From Fibrobacteria bacterium (GTDB lineage Bacteria > Fibrobacterota > Fibrobacteria > UBA11236), in NCBI GenBank assembly GCA_043745805.1, contig JAYTSD010000015.1, positions 1-36,743 on the forward strand: a stretch of 36,743 bases of DNA, written 5' to 3'. The notes below the pieces were generated by a model. That model worked only from the letters and a program-made list of their open reading frames with translations. It did no database searches and was not told the origin of the DNA. The stretch's first letter is position 1, and every line of letters starts with the position of its first letter. The position numbers were made by a program, and so were the translations under genes. Shown piece after piece: positions 1-8,451 of the stretch.

Positions 1-53
1 TCATTGAAGCATTTATTCCTGAATCCAATGGAATGAATGCTCTCAAAGACTGA
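1..53 (+). CDS. Partial CDS (3' end only) of an unidentified multicopy protein, ...IEAFIPESNGMNALKD*
   Basis: Frame from nt 3 reads IEAFIPESNGMNALKD-TGA(51-53). It is the exact reverse complement of 36477-36529, the 3' end of the ORF running off the right window edge. Confidence 0.65.
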   Translation, partial: IEAFIPESNGMNALKD

Positions 54-56
54 CTT

Positions 57-223
57 TAATACGTAAGGTCGCCGTGACCGGACTACACATGCGTTTAGAG
101 GGGGTGGCCGAGAATCACGCGAGTTAACACTAACATTTCGTTCACATTCGACAGGCTCAGTGAACAAATGGCTCAACGACCGTGTTGACTCGTGAAGTCG
201 AGGCCAGGGGAAGGCCTTCCCCT
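57..223 (+). ncRNA. Candidate structured non-coding RNA or element end (copy A)
   Basis: Conserved stem CGC-GTGA/TCACGCG enclosing invariant CACATGCGTTTAGA; long variable hairpin GCGAGTTAACAC/GTGTTGACTCGT (119-193); terminal palindrome AGGGGAAGGCCTTCCCCT (206-223). Transcription and strand are not demonstrated. Confidence 0.4.
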
Positions 224-241
224 ACTAATAAATTTTAGACA

Positions 242-275
242 CAAAAATGCCCCACTTCTTTTGAAAGCAGGGCAT
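242..275 (-). terminator. Rho-independent terminator for the 296-1696 gene
   Basis: Minus strand reads ATGCCCTGCTTT-CAAAA-GAAGTGGGGCAT followed by TTTTGT, about 20 nt after the stop codon. Confidence 0.65.
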
Positions 276-295
276 ATTAAAAATCTTAGTAATAG

Positions 296-1696
296 TTAGC
301 GATAATGCACTAAATAAACGCCGTCTTTAGGAAGTACAGTAAGCGTTGCAAAATCATTGAAGAAAGAGCCACGCATAGCGCTCCCTAAAATTTTACCATC
401 TACGCTATGTACATCCATAAATTTAGCATCACCTACCCAAGGCAATGAACCTGCATGCGCCATTTGTAATTTCCAACCTTCAGGAAGAGCTTTTTGCGAA
501 GTCGTTTTGAGAGAAGTAACAATGGAGTCACCGTACCATACTTTATATACAGCGCCATTAGTAGTAGATGTATTTCCGCCGCCTTGCTTGGCTATGTAAT
601 ACATTGCCCCATCCACCGGACTAAACTTAATATCCAGCGGATTAGAAATTTTTGTTGCAAACTGTCCAACCGCATAATTATTGTCCAAATCCAAGGTATG
701 TATCCAGCTCCCACAATAATCCATAAAGAAAAAATAATTCCGGTATTTAGGTGGAAAATTATGAACTTTGGTTGCATTATAGAAAGAGGCTCCGGTAATA
801 GCACATACTCCAGTTTCATGGACTGCATCTATGTGTACTGGCAATTTTAATGTACCAGGCGAGTTAGCGGGATATAGTCCATTGCCCTTCCCGCCTTGAT
901 AATGTGGATAACCATAATTTGCACCAGCAACACCTTCTTGCACAACTTCTGGTCCAAAGTCTTGCACATCATTGATAAAAAATCGACCTGTTGTATTTTG
1001 AAAGGATGTCGTGAATGGATTGCGTAAACCTAATGCCCAAATTGCACGGTTATTCCCTGTCGCCGTAGCATAAAATGGATTATCTGTTGGAATAGTTCCG
1101 TCAGGATTGAAGCGCAAAATTTTCCCCAAATTTAATGTCATACTTTGCGAATACATGTCCTTGCTCGTGTTGCCAATTGCCAAATATAATTTTCCGTCTT
1201 TAGGGCTAAAATGCAAACCTCCTGAAACATGTATTGGGTGGCTGTCGGCAGCCGAATAAGATGGATCGGAATCGAATAAAATTTTTTCACCTCCAATAGC
1301 AGTATCGCCATTTGCCTGGAAACGACTAATGCGGTTGTGTCTTGGCATGGCACCATCTGGAACCGTGTAATAAACATATACCCAAGGACTATCTGGAAAT
1401 TTTGGATGAAAAGTTATTCCGATTAAACCCTGCTCTTCGGTAACTTCAGTGATAACCTTGGCAAAGGGTTTAGGCAGCAGTGAATCTTTTTTAATAATTC
1501 GCACGGCACCATCTTTGAAATTAACGAAAAGTCTACCATCAGGTGCGAATTCCATTTGAGTAGGATTTAATTTTCCCGCAATTAATTTTTCATGAAATTG
1601 CGCATCCGCAAATGTGGCGGCATTAACATTGGTTAAGCCTCCGCCAACTAAAACGTTACCCATTAAAACCAAGGCAAAGGAAGTCTTGAGTTGCAT
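296..1696 (-). CDS. Secreted PQQ-dependent sugar dehydrogenase (GSDH family) with C-terminal T9SS-like tail
   Basis: Signal peptide; motifs EQGLIGITFHP, GKILRFNPDGTIPTDNPF, IWALGLRNP and GANYGYP; C-terminal DVHSVDGK...GVYLVHYR. Confidence 0.85.
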   Translation of the reverse strand: MQLKTSFALVLMGNVLVGGGLTNVNAATFADAQFHEKLIAGKLNPTQMEFAPDGRLFVNFKDGAVRIIKKDSLLPKPFAKVITEVTEEQGLIGITFHPKFPDSPWVYVYYTVPDGAMPRHNRISRFQANGDTAIGGEKILFDSDPSYSAADSHPIHVSGGLHFSPKDGKLYLAIGNTSKDMYSQSMTLNLGKILRFNPDGTIPTDNPFYATATGNNRAIWALGLRNPFTTSFQNTTGRFFINDVQDFGPEVVQEGVAGANYGYPHYQGGKGNGLYPANSPGTLKLPVHIDAVHETGVCAITGASFYNATKVHNFPPKYRNYFFFMDYCGSWIHTLDLDNNYAVGQFATKISNPLDIKFSPVDGAMYYIAKQGGGNTSTTNGAVYKVWYGDSIVTSLKTTSQKALPEGWKLQMAHAGSLPWVGDAKFMDVHSVDGKILGSAMRGSFFNDFATLTVLPKDGVYLVHYR

Positions 1697-2028
1697 ATAT
1701 TCTCCGGCTAATAGTCCCCCGACAAATCGATCCCACCTTAATCAATTTACCGACCATCCTTGATTGGACAGCGGTTCAATAATAATGCCACCTGTAAAAT
1801 TACGCTGAATGTTTTTGCTTTAACACATCTTTTCTCCTCTTCCCCGCTATATCTAAAATCCAGATATTGATTTTCAGGGTTATAAAAAGCATTGATTCGA
1901 TAAATCCAGCCCATTTAAAGAATTATACGTAAAATAACCCACAAATAAGCTCAAGCTTATCAACAAGAAAGGCATTATTTTAATCGCAAGGCGAGGTGAC
2001 AATCTCTAGGATTTTAGGACAAGGAACT

Positions 2029-3729
2029 ATGAAAAACTCAATCCATAAACTTGTAATTTTAGGCGGAAGCTTTATTTTGACTTCGCTGATTTCCTTAACC
2101 TCTTCAGCTGTTGTCGATTTAGGAACTTATAAAGGCTGTAACCTGAAAGATACCGATTTTGTCGCCGTCCCGCTTGCTTTAGTTTCCACAAAAGTTACCG
2201 ATCAACCTTTAAAAATGGCTTTCGACCTAAGAGAAAATAATCAAGTCGATGTTTATTTCGTCGAAAGATTTGGCATAGTTAAAAAATACGATGCCATTAA
2301 AAAAACAGTGGAGGTATTAGGAGAAATTCCTGTCATCCATAAAAATGAAGAAGGACTGCTAGGCATTGCCGTTGATCCCCATTTCAAAAAAAATCACTTT
2401 TTATATTTCATGTATTCTTTTCAGGGCTTGGACACCAACTTTCGCATTTCCAGAATACCGCTTGGAAACGATGGCTTACTTAATTTAGCGGCGGAAAAAG
2501 TTTTAATCAAAATTCCAGGCAAAACAATATTACCGCATACCGGTGGCGCCATGCTATTTGATGCTTATGGCGATTTATGGGTAGCCATGGGAGACAATAG
2601 CTCTCCCGAAGCAGGCCCAGCCAATACCGCCGATTTACGTGGGGGTATCATGCGTATTCATCCCGATGAATTGGATCCCAAAGGTTACACTATTCCCTCG
2701 GGAAATTTCGGTGAAACTTTTGCTGCCTATTTTCAAGCCCAAGGAAAAGCAGATTTAGCTAAAGATTATTTGAATCCCGTCAAAGTTCGTCCCGAAATTT
2801 ATGTGAAGGGTACCCGTAACGCCTATTCCCTATCGGTAGAGCCTGTACGACGCTGGGTCTCTTGGGGCGATGTCGGTCCCGATATGGGCGGTATTTCCGA
2901 AGAACATAATTTAGTGAAATCTCCTCAATACACTGGTTGGCCCTATTTTGCAGGGCAAGTAGATGTAACAACCGTGTACGGTTTTAATTGGACGAAAAAG
3001 GATCGTGCGGCGCCAATGAATACCACCAAGATAAATGGTGTTTCGCAATTGCCTCCTAATCATGAACCAATTCTCCCTCGTGACCGAGCTTGCGCAATGA
3101 ACGGGCCGGTATTTCGTTATGATGGCAGCAACCCTGCACTTAATCAAATTCCTCCCAATCTGGATCATAAATGGATTATTGGCGATTGTAATGGTAGTTA
3201 TGGCTTTCGTATACTTAGTCTCAATGATAAAGCAGATACCATTGTGCAAAATGTTCGTGTTTTCGATCGCTTCAGTGCAGCCGTACTCGTGGATATGCAG
3301 CAAGGCCCCGATGGCGCTTTGTATTATATCGGCTGGCAAAGTGGCGTGTATCGTGTGGATTATAAAGGCTCCTGTAAAGACCCTAGTTTTATTGCGGAAA
3401 AAACGGGTTGTGCCGATTCGCATGATGCGAATTATGATCCTAAAATCAATCCCGCTTATCATGATCCGCGCTTATGTGCCAGTGGCACGGCGATACAGCA
3501 TATCCATCCCGCTAAAGAATGGCTTACCCTAAATGATCGTAGCATTGCCATTAATGCTAATGGTTGGCATGAAATCAGTATTTTTGATATACGAGGTTTA
3601 CAGATTTATAAAGTGAGTGGTTACGGAGCAAAAAGTTATGCTTTGCCTAAGTTACCTTTGGGTGTTTATCAATTGTTAGCCAATTCTTCTCAAGGAACTT
3701 ATTCCGCCAAGCTTTCTCGATTACATTAA
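2029..3729 (+). CDS. Secreted PQQ-dependent sugar dehydrogenase (GSDH family) with C-terminal T9SS-like tail
   Basis: ATG 2029 follows AAGGAAC (ORF track starts at 1996); motifs EEGLLGIAVDPHF, HTGG, IYVKGTRN and GPDGALYY; C-terminal IFDIRG...LPLGVYQL. Confidence 0.85.
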   Translation: MKNSIHKLVILGGSFILTSLISLTSSAVVDLGTYKGCNLKDTDFVAVPLALVSTKVTDQPLKMAFDLRENNQVDVYFVERFGIVKKYDAIKKTVEVLGEIPVIHKNEEGLLGIAVDPHFKKNHFLYFMYSFQGLDTNFRISRIPLGNDGLLNLAAEKVLIKIPGKTILPHTGGAMLFDAYGDLWVAMGDNSSPEAGPANTADLRGGIMRIHPDELDPKGYTIPSGNFGETFAAYFQAQGKADLAKDYLNPVKVRPEIYVKGTRNAYSLSVEPVRRWVSWGDVGPDMGGISEEHNLVKSPQYTGWPYFAGQVDVTTVYGFNWTKKDRAAPMNTTKINGVSQLPPNHEPILPRDRACAMNGPVFRYDGSNPALNQIPPNLDHKWIIGDCNGSYGFRILSLNDKADTIVQNVRVFDRFSAAVLVDMQQGPDGALYYIGWQSGVYRVDYKGSCKDPSFIAEKTGCADSHDANYDPKINPAYHDPRLCASGTAIQHIHPAKEWLTLNDRSIAINANGWHEISIFDIRGLQIYKVSGYGAKSYALPKLPLGVYQLLANSSQGTYSAKLSRLH

Positions 3730-3742
3730 CGCTGATCTCAGC

Positions 3743-3794
3743 TTCGTATGTTTTGTAGGGGCACGACATTTTGTGCCCCTACAAAACATACGAA
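3743..3794. repeat. REP-like GTAG-type palindrome (perfect 22-bp stem, 8-nt loop)
   Basis: TTCGTATGTTTTGTAGGGGCAC-GACATTTT-GTGCCCCTACAAAACATACGAA; closely related to 36335-36407. Confidence 0.8.
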
Positions 3795-3828
3795 ATTAAA
3801 AAGCCGGCTATAGAGCCGGCTTTTTAAT
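3795..3828. terminator. Bidirectional rho-independent terminator between convergent genes
   Basis: ATTAAAAAGCCGGCT-ATAG-AGCCGGCTTTTTAAT, with A/T tracts on both sides. Confidence 0.8.
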
Positions 3829-3902
3829 GAGTTTATTTTTTCATCCCTTTCTCCACTATCAAGAAGCCCCCACTTCTTAAAAGCTTTGAAAAAGCATTGC
3901 GA

Positions 3903-4673
3903 TTATTTTTTTAAATAAACACTTTTGGACAAATGCATTTTATTGCTTATGACGCTCGGAATTATTCTTCCGCTCGCATCAAACATTTTTGTTGTAGAGG
4001 AAGGCATCGATTGACCTTTCAATCCTTGGTTAATACCCACGCCAGTAGCAGGCTGTAATTCTACATAATTAATATTGTAACCCGACTTAACAATTTTCCA
4101 CTTAATTACAGCCATCCCTGCTTTCAAAGTAATTTGTCCTGCATTTTGCACATAATCCCAATAATGATAGCATTCTGGAGGAGGACAGGGTTTAGGATAA
4201 GGCATGATTAAGGCGCCGGAAGAAACCGAGTCAGTTCCTTGAAAAGCATCTACTTGAAAAGACACGTTGTCACCTTGCACTCCTACCATTGCGCTTATAT
4301 AATAAACACCAGCTTGCTTAACATCGACTGTGAATTTCAAAAATTCATTGTTAACTAGCCAGCCCCAATAAGGATCTCCAGGTACTGCATTTTTTATGTT
4401 GGTGGGAACATTTGGATCAGTAGTTTTAACTGGATCTAAATCTACATCTCCGTCAGCAGCGCGAACCTTATAACCGCCAGTAACACCTGTGTCACTATCG
4501 TACCAAGCGATATTTTTAGCTCCTTTGTCATATCTTTCGGGCCTTAAAACGCCGGGCACTGCTTGCGCTGAATCATGATAGGGTGTGCCGGTATAACCGA
4601 CAGGTACCTGCGCTTGTGTTAGTGTTACAAAAATGCCGCCTATTACAGCGGCTGAGAATAAAGAATGGTGCAT
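3903..4673 (-). CDS. Secreted carbohydrate-binding protein (CBM6-like) with basic C-terminal tail
   Basis: Signal peptide (...LTQAQ); VPGVLRPERYDKG...AWYDSD, GWLVNNEFLKFTVDVKQAGVY and NINYVEL; tail MFDASGR...VYLKK. Confidence 0.7.
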   Translation of the reverse strand: MHHSLFSAAVIGGIFVTLTQAQVPVGYTGTPYHDSAQAVPGVLRPERYDKGAKNIAWYDSDTGVTGGYKVRAADGDVDLDPVKTTDPNVPTNIKNAVPGDPYWGWLVNNEFLKFTVDVKQAGVYYISAMVGVQGDNVSFQVDAFQGTDSVSSGALIMPYPKPCPPPECYHYWDYVQNAGQITLKAGMAVIKWKIVKSGYNINYVELQPATGVGINQGLKGQSMPSSTTKMFDASGRIIPSVISNKMHLSKSVYLKK

Positions 4674-4732
4674 AAATGCTCCTTAACTAATGGGGGGAAT
4701 TCGAAGCTTTTTAAAAGGCCTGCTTCTCGGCC

Positions 4733-7465
4733 TTATTGGGTAACCTCCGCCGTTTCAGAATCGGCAGGAAGGGCATTATTTGTTTCCTCAATATTTTCTT
4801 CTGTGTCTTCTTCGCCACCTTCCGAAGGCGGCATTTCGAAATCACCTACGGAAAAATGATAAGAGAATTGTTCACCGGCATTGACGCCAATAAATAAATG
4901 CGTATAGGATTTTGCTTCCGCCATGCCCGCTAAAATTTGGCGAGAGATTTCTGGCATTAAGCGTTGATCAATAATGGTATCAATATTGCGCGCACCGCTT
5001 TGGGATGTTGTGCAGAGCATCACGATTTTGCGGACAACTTCGGGCGAGACGGCGAAGGCAATTTTATGCCTTTCCATCAAGCGTTTGCCCACTTTCATCA
5101 ATTTCAAGAAGACAATACGTTTTAAGGTTTCGGTATCCAAAGGCAAGAAAGGCACTACTTTACAGCGCGCTAATAATGCTGGTGCAAAATGATCGGTGAG
5201 CTCTTGTAATATATTGCGACGATAATCATCTAGAGTATAATTTTGGTCGCTTTGCGCAGCCATGGCGGTAATGGTATCGAGCCCTAAATTACTAGTCATA
5301 ATAATAACAGTATTGCGGAAGCTAATGTCGCGGCCTTCGCCATCGCGTAACATACCTTTGTCGAATACTTGATAGAACATATTGAGAATATCTTTATGTG
5401 CTTTTTCAACTTCGTCGAGAATCACCACGGTATAAGGACGTTTACGCACGCCTTCCGTGAGCACGCCACCTTCACCATAGCCCACATAACCCGCGCTAGC
5501 GCCTTTGAGTTGGGTGATGGACATACTGTCTTGATATTCTGACATATTAATAGTCACAACGGATTTTTCACCGCCGAAAAGAATATTGGATATGGACAAA
5601 GCCACTTCAGTTTTACCAACGCCAGAAGGACCCGTAACCAGAAAAACACCCATAGGGGCTTCGGGATTGGTGAGGCCTAATTTGGCGGTACGTAAGGTAG
5701 AGGCAATTTCGTGAACACCTGCGCTTTGGCCTACTACTTTAGCATTAATGGTTTCTTCTAATTCTAATAAAGCTTGCGCTTCATTTTTAAGCATACTGCC
5801 AACCGGAATACCCGTCCATTCGGCGATGATTTGAGCAATCACGTCTTTGGATACATGGGCATGCACCATGGCTTCTTCGCCTTGATGGACTTCGAGTACT
5901 TTCCATTGAGCATCTAAATCGGCGCGTAAGGTTTTGGCTTCGTCGGAGCCAGCTTCGGCATTGGCAATTTTTTCTTGAGTGGCGATAATTTTTTTTACCA
6001 ATTCCAATTCTTTTTGCCATTTGGTGGTCATGGCTTCTGCATCGGCTTTAGCTTGCACTAATTTTTCGGCGGTGCGTTCTAAGGCTTCGACATCTTTAAG
6101 AATACCGGCTTTATGATCTTTTTCTAGAGCGATAATTTCAATTTCTAAATTGCCAATCACTTGTTCCAAATTGATGAGCACAGGTGGCTTGGCAGTTAAC
6201 CCCATTTTCACGCGGGCTGCGGCTGTATCTAATAAGTCCACGGCTTTATCGGGTAATTGACGACCGGCAATATATTTATGCGATAAATCGCAAGCGGCTT
6301 GTACGCCTTCATAAGTGATTTTTACACCATGGAATTTTTCGTAATGGGTGCGTACACCGCGTAACATAATCGCAGCTACTTCAGGAGTGGGTTCATCGAT
6401 ATGTACCATTTGAAAGCGACGTGCCATAGCGGGATCTTTTTCAAAGTATTTACGAAACTCAGTCAGCGTAGTAGCCGCTAGGATTTTTAATTCCCCACGC
6501 GCCATTTCTGGTTTCAATAAATTGGCTGCATCCCCTTTGCCTTCATCGCCACCGGCGCCAATCATTGTATGCGCTTCATCGATAAATAAAATGACGGGAA
6601 CTTCGGAAGACTTTACTTCTTTAATCACGCCTTTAAGCCGATTTTCAAATTCACCGCGCATACTCGCGCCGGCCGAAAGCAGGCCTAAATCCAAGCTGCG
6701 TATTTCCACATTCTTCAACATGTCCGGTACACGGCCTTCAGCAATGCGCAAAGCCAAGCCTTCGATAACCGCTGTTTTACCTACACCGGCTTCGCCTACC
6801 ATAATGGGATTGTTTTTACGACGACGGGAAAGAATATCAATCATTTGTCTTATTTCATCATCGCGACCAAATATAGGGTCGATTTTTCCTTGACGACCCA
6901 TTTCGGTAAAGTTAATCGTGAAGCGAGCTAAATTGGAACCTTCTGCGGCAGTACCTGCTTGCGTGCGACCAGCGCCTTTAGCCGAGCTTTCAGTTTCCTT
7001 GGAGCCAGCAAGCATTTCGGCGAATTTTGCGAGTAAAGTGTCATAAGAAATAAGTGCGATTTGATCGGATAAACTGGGGGAAATAGCATTGGGATTCTTT
7101 TTCAAAGCCATTAAAATAGCCGCCGTGCGAATTTCGCTTTCATTGAGGTTTAAAGTGGATTCGGACCAAGCATATTCGAGAATGCTCACAAACTGTGGAG
7201 AGAAGGTCGGCTTACCCGTATTTCCCGTACGCAGGTCTCTCAATTCCTTTTGCAAAGCGCCTTTAAATAAGCCGGGATCGATTTTGAAATAGGAGAGTAT
7301 AAAAATCAAATCGCCATGACCTTCTTCTAAGGCTTGTGCGAGTATATGTGCAGCCGTTACCTCATAATGGGAGCGGCTTACACAAGCGCCGACAGCGCCT
7401 TCTAATAAGGCTCGATTATATTTATTGAGCTTCTCTAATAAGACGCGTACCGATTGAGCTATCAT
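4733..7465 (-). CDS. tssH: ClpV/TssH-type AAA+ ATPase (type VI secretion sheath disassembly family)
   Basis: Two Walker A motifs (GEAGVGKT, GPSGVGKT); ClpV-like N-terminus LEGAVGACVSRSHYEV; LDLGLLSAGASMRGEFENRLK, GYVGYGEGGVLTE and SGARNID. ATG 7465 follows AGGGGAAAA (ORF track starts at 7507). Confidence 0.85.
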   Translation of the reverse strand: MIAQSVRVLLEKLNKYNRALLEGAVGACVSRSHYEVTAAHILAQALEEGHGDLIFILSYFKIDPGLFKGALQKELRDLRTGNTGKPTFSPQFVSILEYAWSESTLNLNESEIRTAAILMALKKNPNAISPSLSDQIALISYDTLLAKFAEMLAGSKETESSAKGAGRTQAGTAAEGSNLARFTINFTEMGRQGKIDPIFGRDDEIRQMIDILSRRRKNNPIMVGEAGVGKTAVIEGLALRIAEGRVPDMLKNVEIRSLDLGLLSAGASMRGEFENRLKGVIKEVKSSEVPVILFIDEAHTMIGAGGDEGKGDAANLLKPEMARGELKILAATTLTEFRKYFEKDPAMARRFQMVHIDEPTPEVAAIMLRGVRTHYEKFHGVKITYEGVQAACDLSHKYIAGRQLPDKAVDLLDTAAARVKMGLTAKPPVLINLEQVIGNLEIEIIALEKDHKAGILKDVEALERTAEKLVQAKADAEAMTTKWQKELELVKKIIATQEKIANAEAGSDEAKTLRADLDAQWKVLEVHQGEEAMVHAHVSKDVIAQIIAEWTGIPVGSMLKNEAQALLELEETINAKVVGQSAGVHEIASTLRTAKLGLTNPEAPMGVFLVTGPSGVGKTEVALSISNILFGGEKSVVTINMSEYQDSMSITQLKGASAGYVGYGEGGVLTEGVRKRPYTVVILDEVEKAHKDILNMFYQVFDKGMLRDGEGRDISFRNTVIIMTSNLGLDTITAMAAQSDQNYTLDDYRRNILQELTDHFAPALLARCKVVPFLPLDTETLKRIVFLKLMKVGKRLMERHKIAFAVSPEVVRKIVMLCTTSQSGARNIDTIIDQRLMPEISRQILAGMAEAKSYTHLFIGVNAGEQFSYHFSVGDFEMPPSEGGEEDTEENIEETNNALPADSETAEVTQ

Positions 7466-7645
7466 TTTTCCCCTGTTTCGCTTTAAGATTGTAGGCCAAG
7501 CACCCATTTGACCATAAAGATCAAATGAGGATTAACCCAAAAATTCACCTTAAAAGTTAAATAATAATGCGCTTAGCCAAGAGAAAGAATTGGCGTGTAT
7601 TCTAACATTATCCTACTAAGAAAAGGGTTTTTGCAAAATAAAGGC

Positions 7646-8422
7646 TTAAAGCCCTTCGCGAATCCATTGTTCAATTTGCGCCTCGGAATGAGCTCCCACT
7701 TCCACGCGCTGAATAATGCCTTTCCTATCTACAACCATCAAGGTGGGATAAGCAAAAGCCTGATAAGTTCGCGTAGTCAATCCACTCACATCATTGAATA
7801 AAGGGTAACTTAGATGTTTCTGATCTTGAAAAGTTTTTAAATCGCCTAAACTTTCAGAACTGATACCGATTATTTCCAACCCTTTTGCATGGTATTTTTT
7901 ATACAGATTTTCCAAACCCGGAAGCGTCATTTGACAAGGGCCGCACCATGTAGCCCAAAAATCGAGAATAACTAATTTACCGATATTTTTATTCAAGGAA
8001 CCAATGTCTTGTGAATAGTAGTTTCCGCTTAAAGCCGGTGCCATTGAACCCACCATGCTTTGCGTAATGGCCCGCATATCTTCGGGACGCGGAGACAAAG
8101 CCATTTTTTGCGTCATCACTTTATTGTTACGTCCCAATTTTAACTCAACCACATCGCCTACTCTTTTACTGCCAATAGAATCGAGTAAAGTTTTGCGGCC
8201 GTCTAAGGTTTTACCATTGATGGCCAAAACATAATCGTCCACCAAAAGTCCCGCTTGATCTGCCGAAGTGCCTTTGTAAACCTGCAAGATACGTACCGCA
8301 CCTGCAGGAGAAGCGTGATGAAATTCCACTGGCATTTCGGTTAAGGCTATATCCGTAAATGAAATCCCTAACCAAGCTTTAGGCATCCCTGCGGCAGCAG
8401 GGCTATTTATAGCCCCACACAT
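7646..8422 (-). CDS. PDZ domain plus TlpA/ResA-like thioredoxin protein
   Basis: PDZ motif (WLGISF...GTSADQAGLLVDDYVLAING) followed by DFWATWCGPC and YPTLMVVDRKG; true start may lie upstream. Confidence 0.85.
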   Translation of the reverse strand: MCGAINSPAAAGMPKAWLGISFTDIALTEMPVEFHHASPAGAVRILQVYKGTSADQAGLLVDDYVLAINGKTLDGRKTLLDSIGSKRVGDVVELKLGRNNKVMTQKMALSPRPEDMRAITQSMVGSMAPALSGNYYSQDIGSLNKNIGKLVILDFWATWCGPCQMTLPGLENLYKKYHAKGLEIIGISSESLGDLKTFQDQKHLSYPLFNDVSGLTTRTYQAFAYPTLMVVDRKGIIQRVEVGAHSEAQIEQWIREGL

Positions 8423-8451
8423 CCAAAGTGATAAATATATTAATACTAATT

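Larger units (their letters stand above)
1..223 (+). repeat. Left copy of a dispersed repeat (gene 3' end plus structured downstream segment), inverted relative to 36302-36529
   Basis: Manual alignment: nt 1-57 identical; 57-121 vs 36472-36408 is 52/65 identical and ungapped; 194-223 vs 36331-36302 is 27/30 identical; 122-193 is non-homologous. Confidence 0.92.

Noticed and set aside
57-230. Group II intron domains V/VI
   Set aside because: No AGC/CGC-triad domain V hairpin of the usual form was found, and the ...CTACTAAT end is not shared by the other copy.
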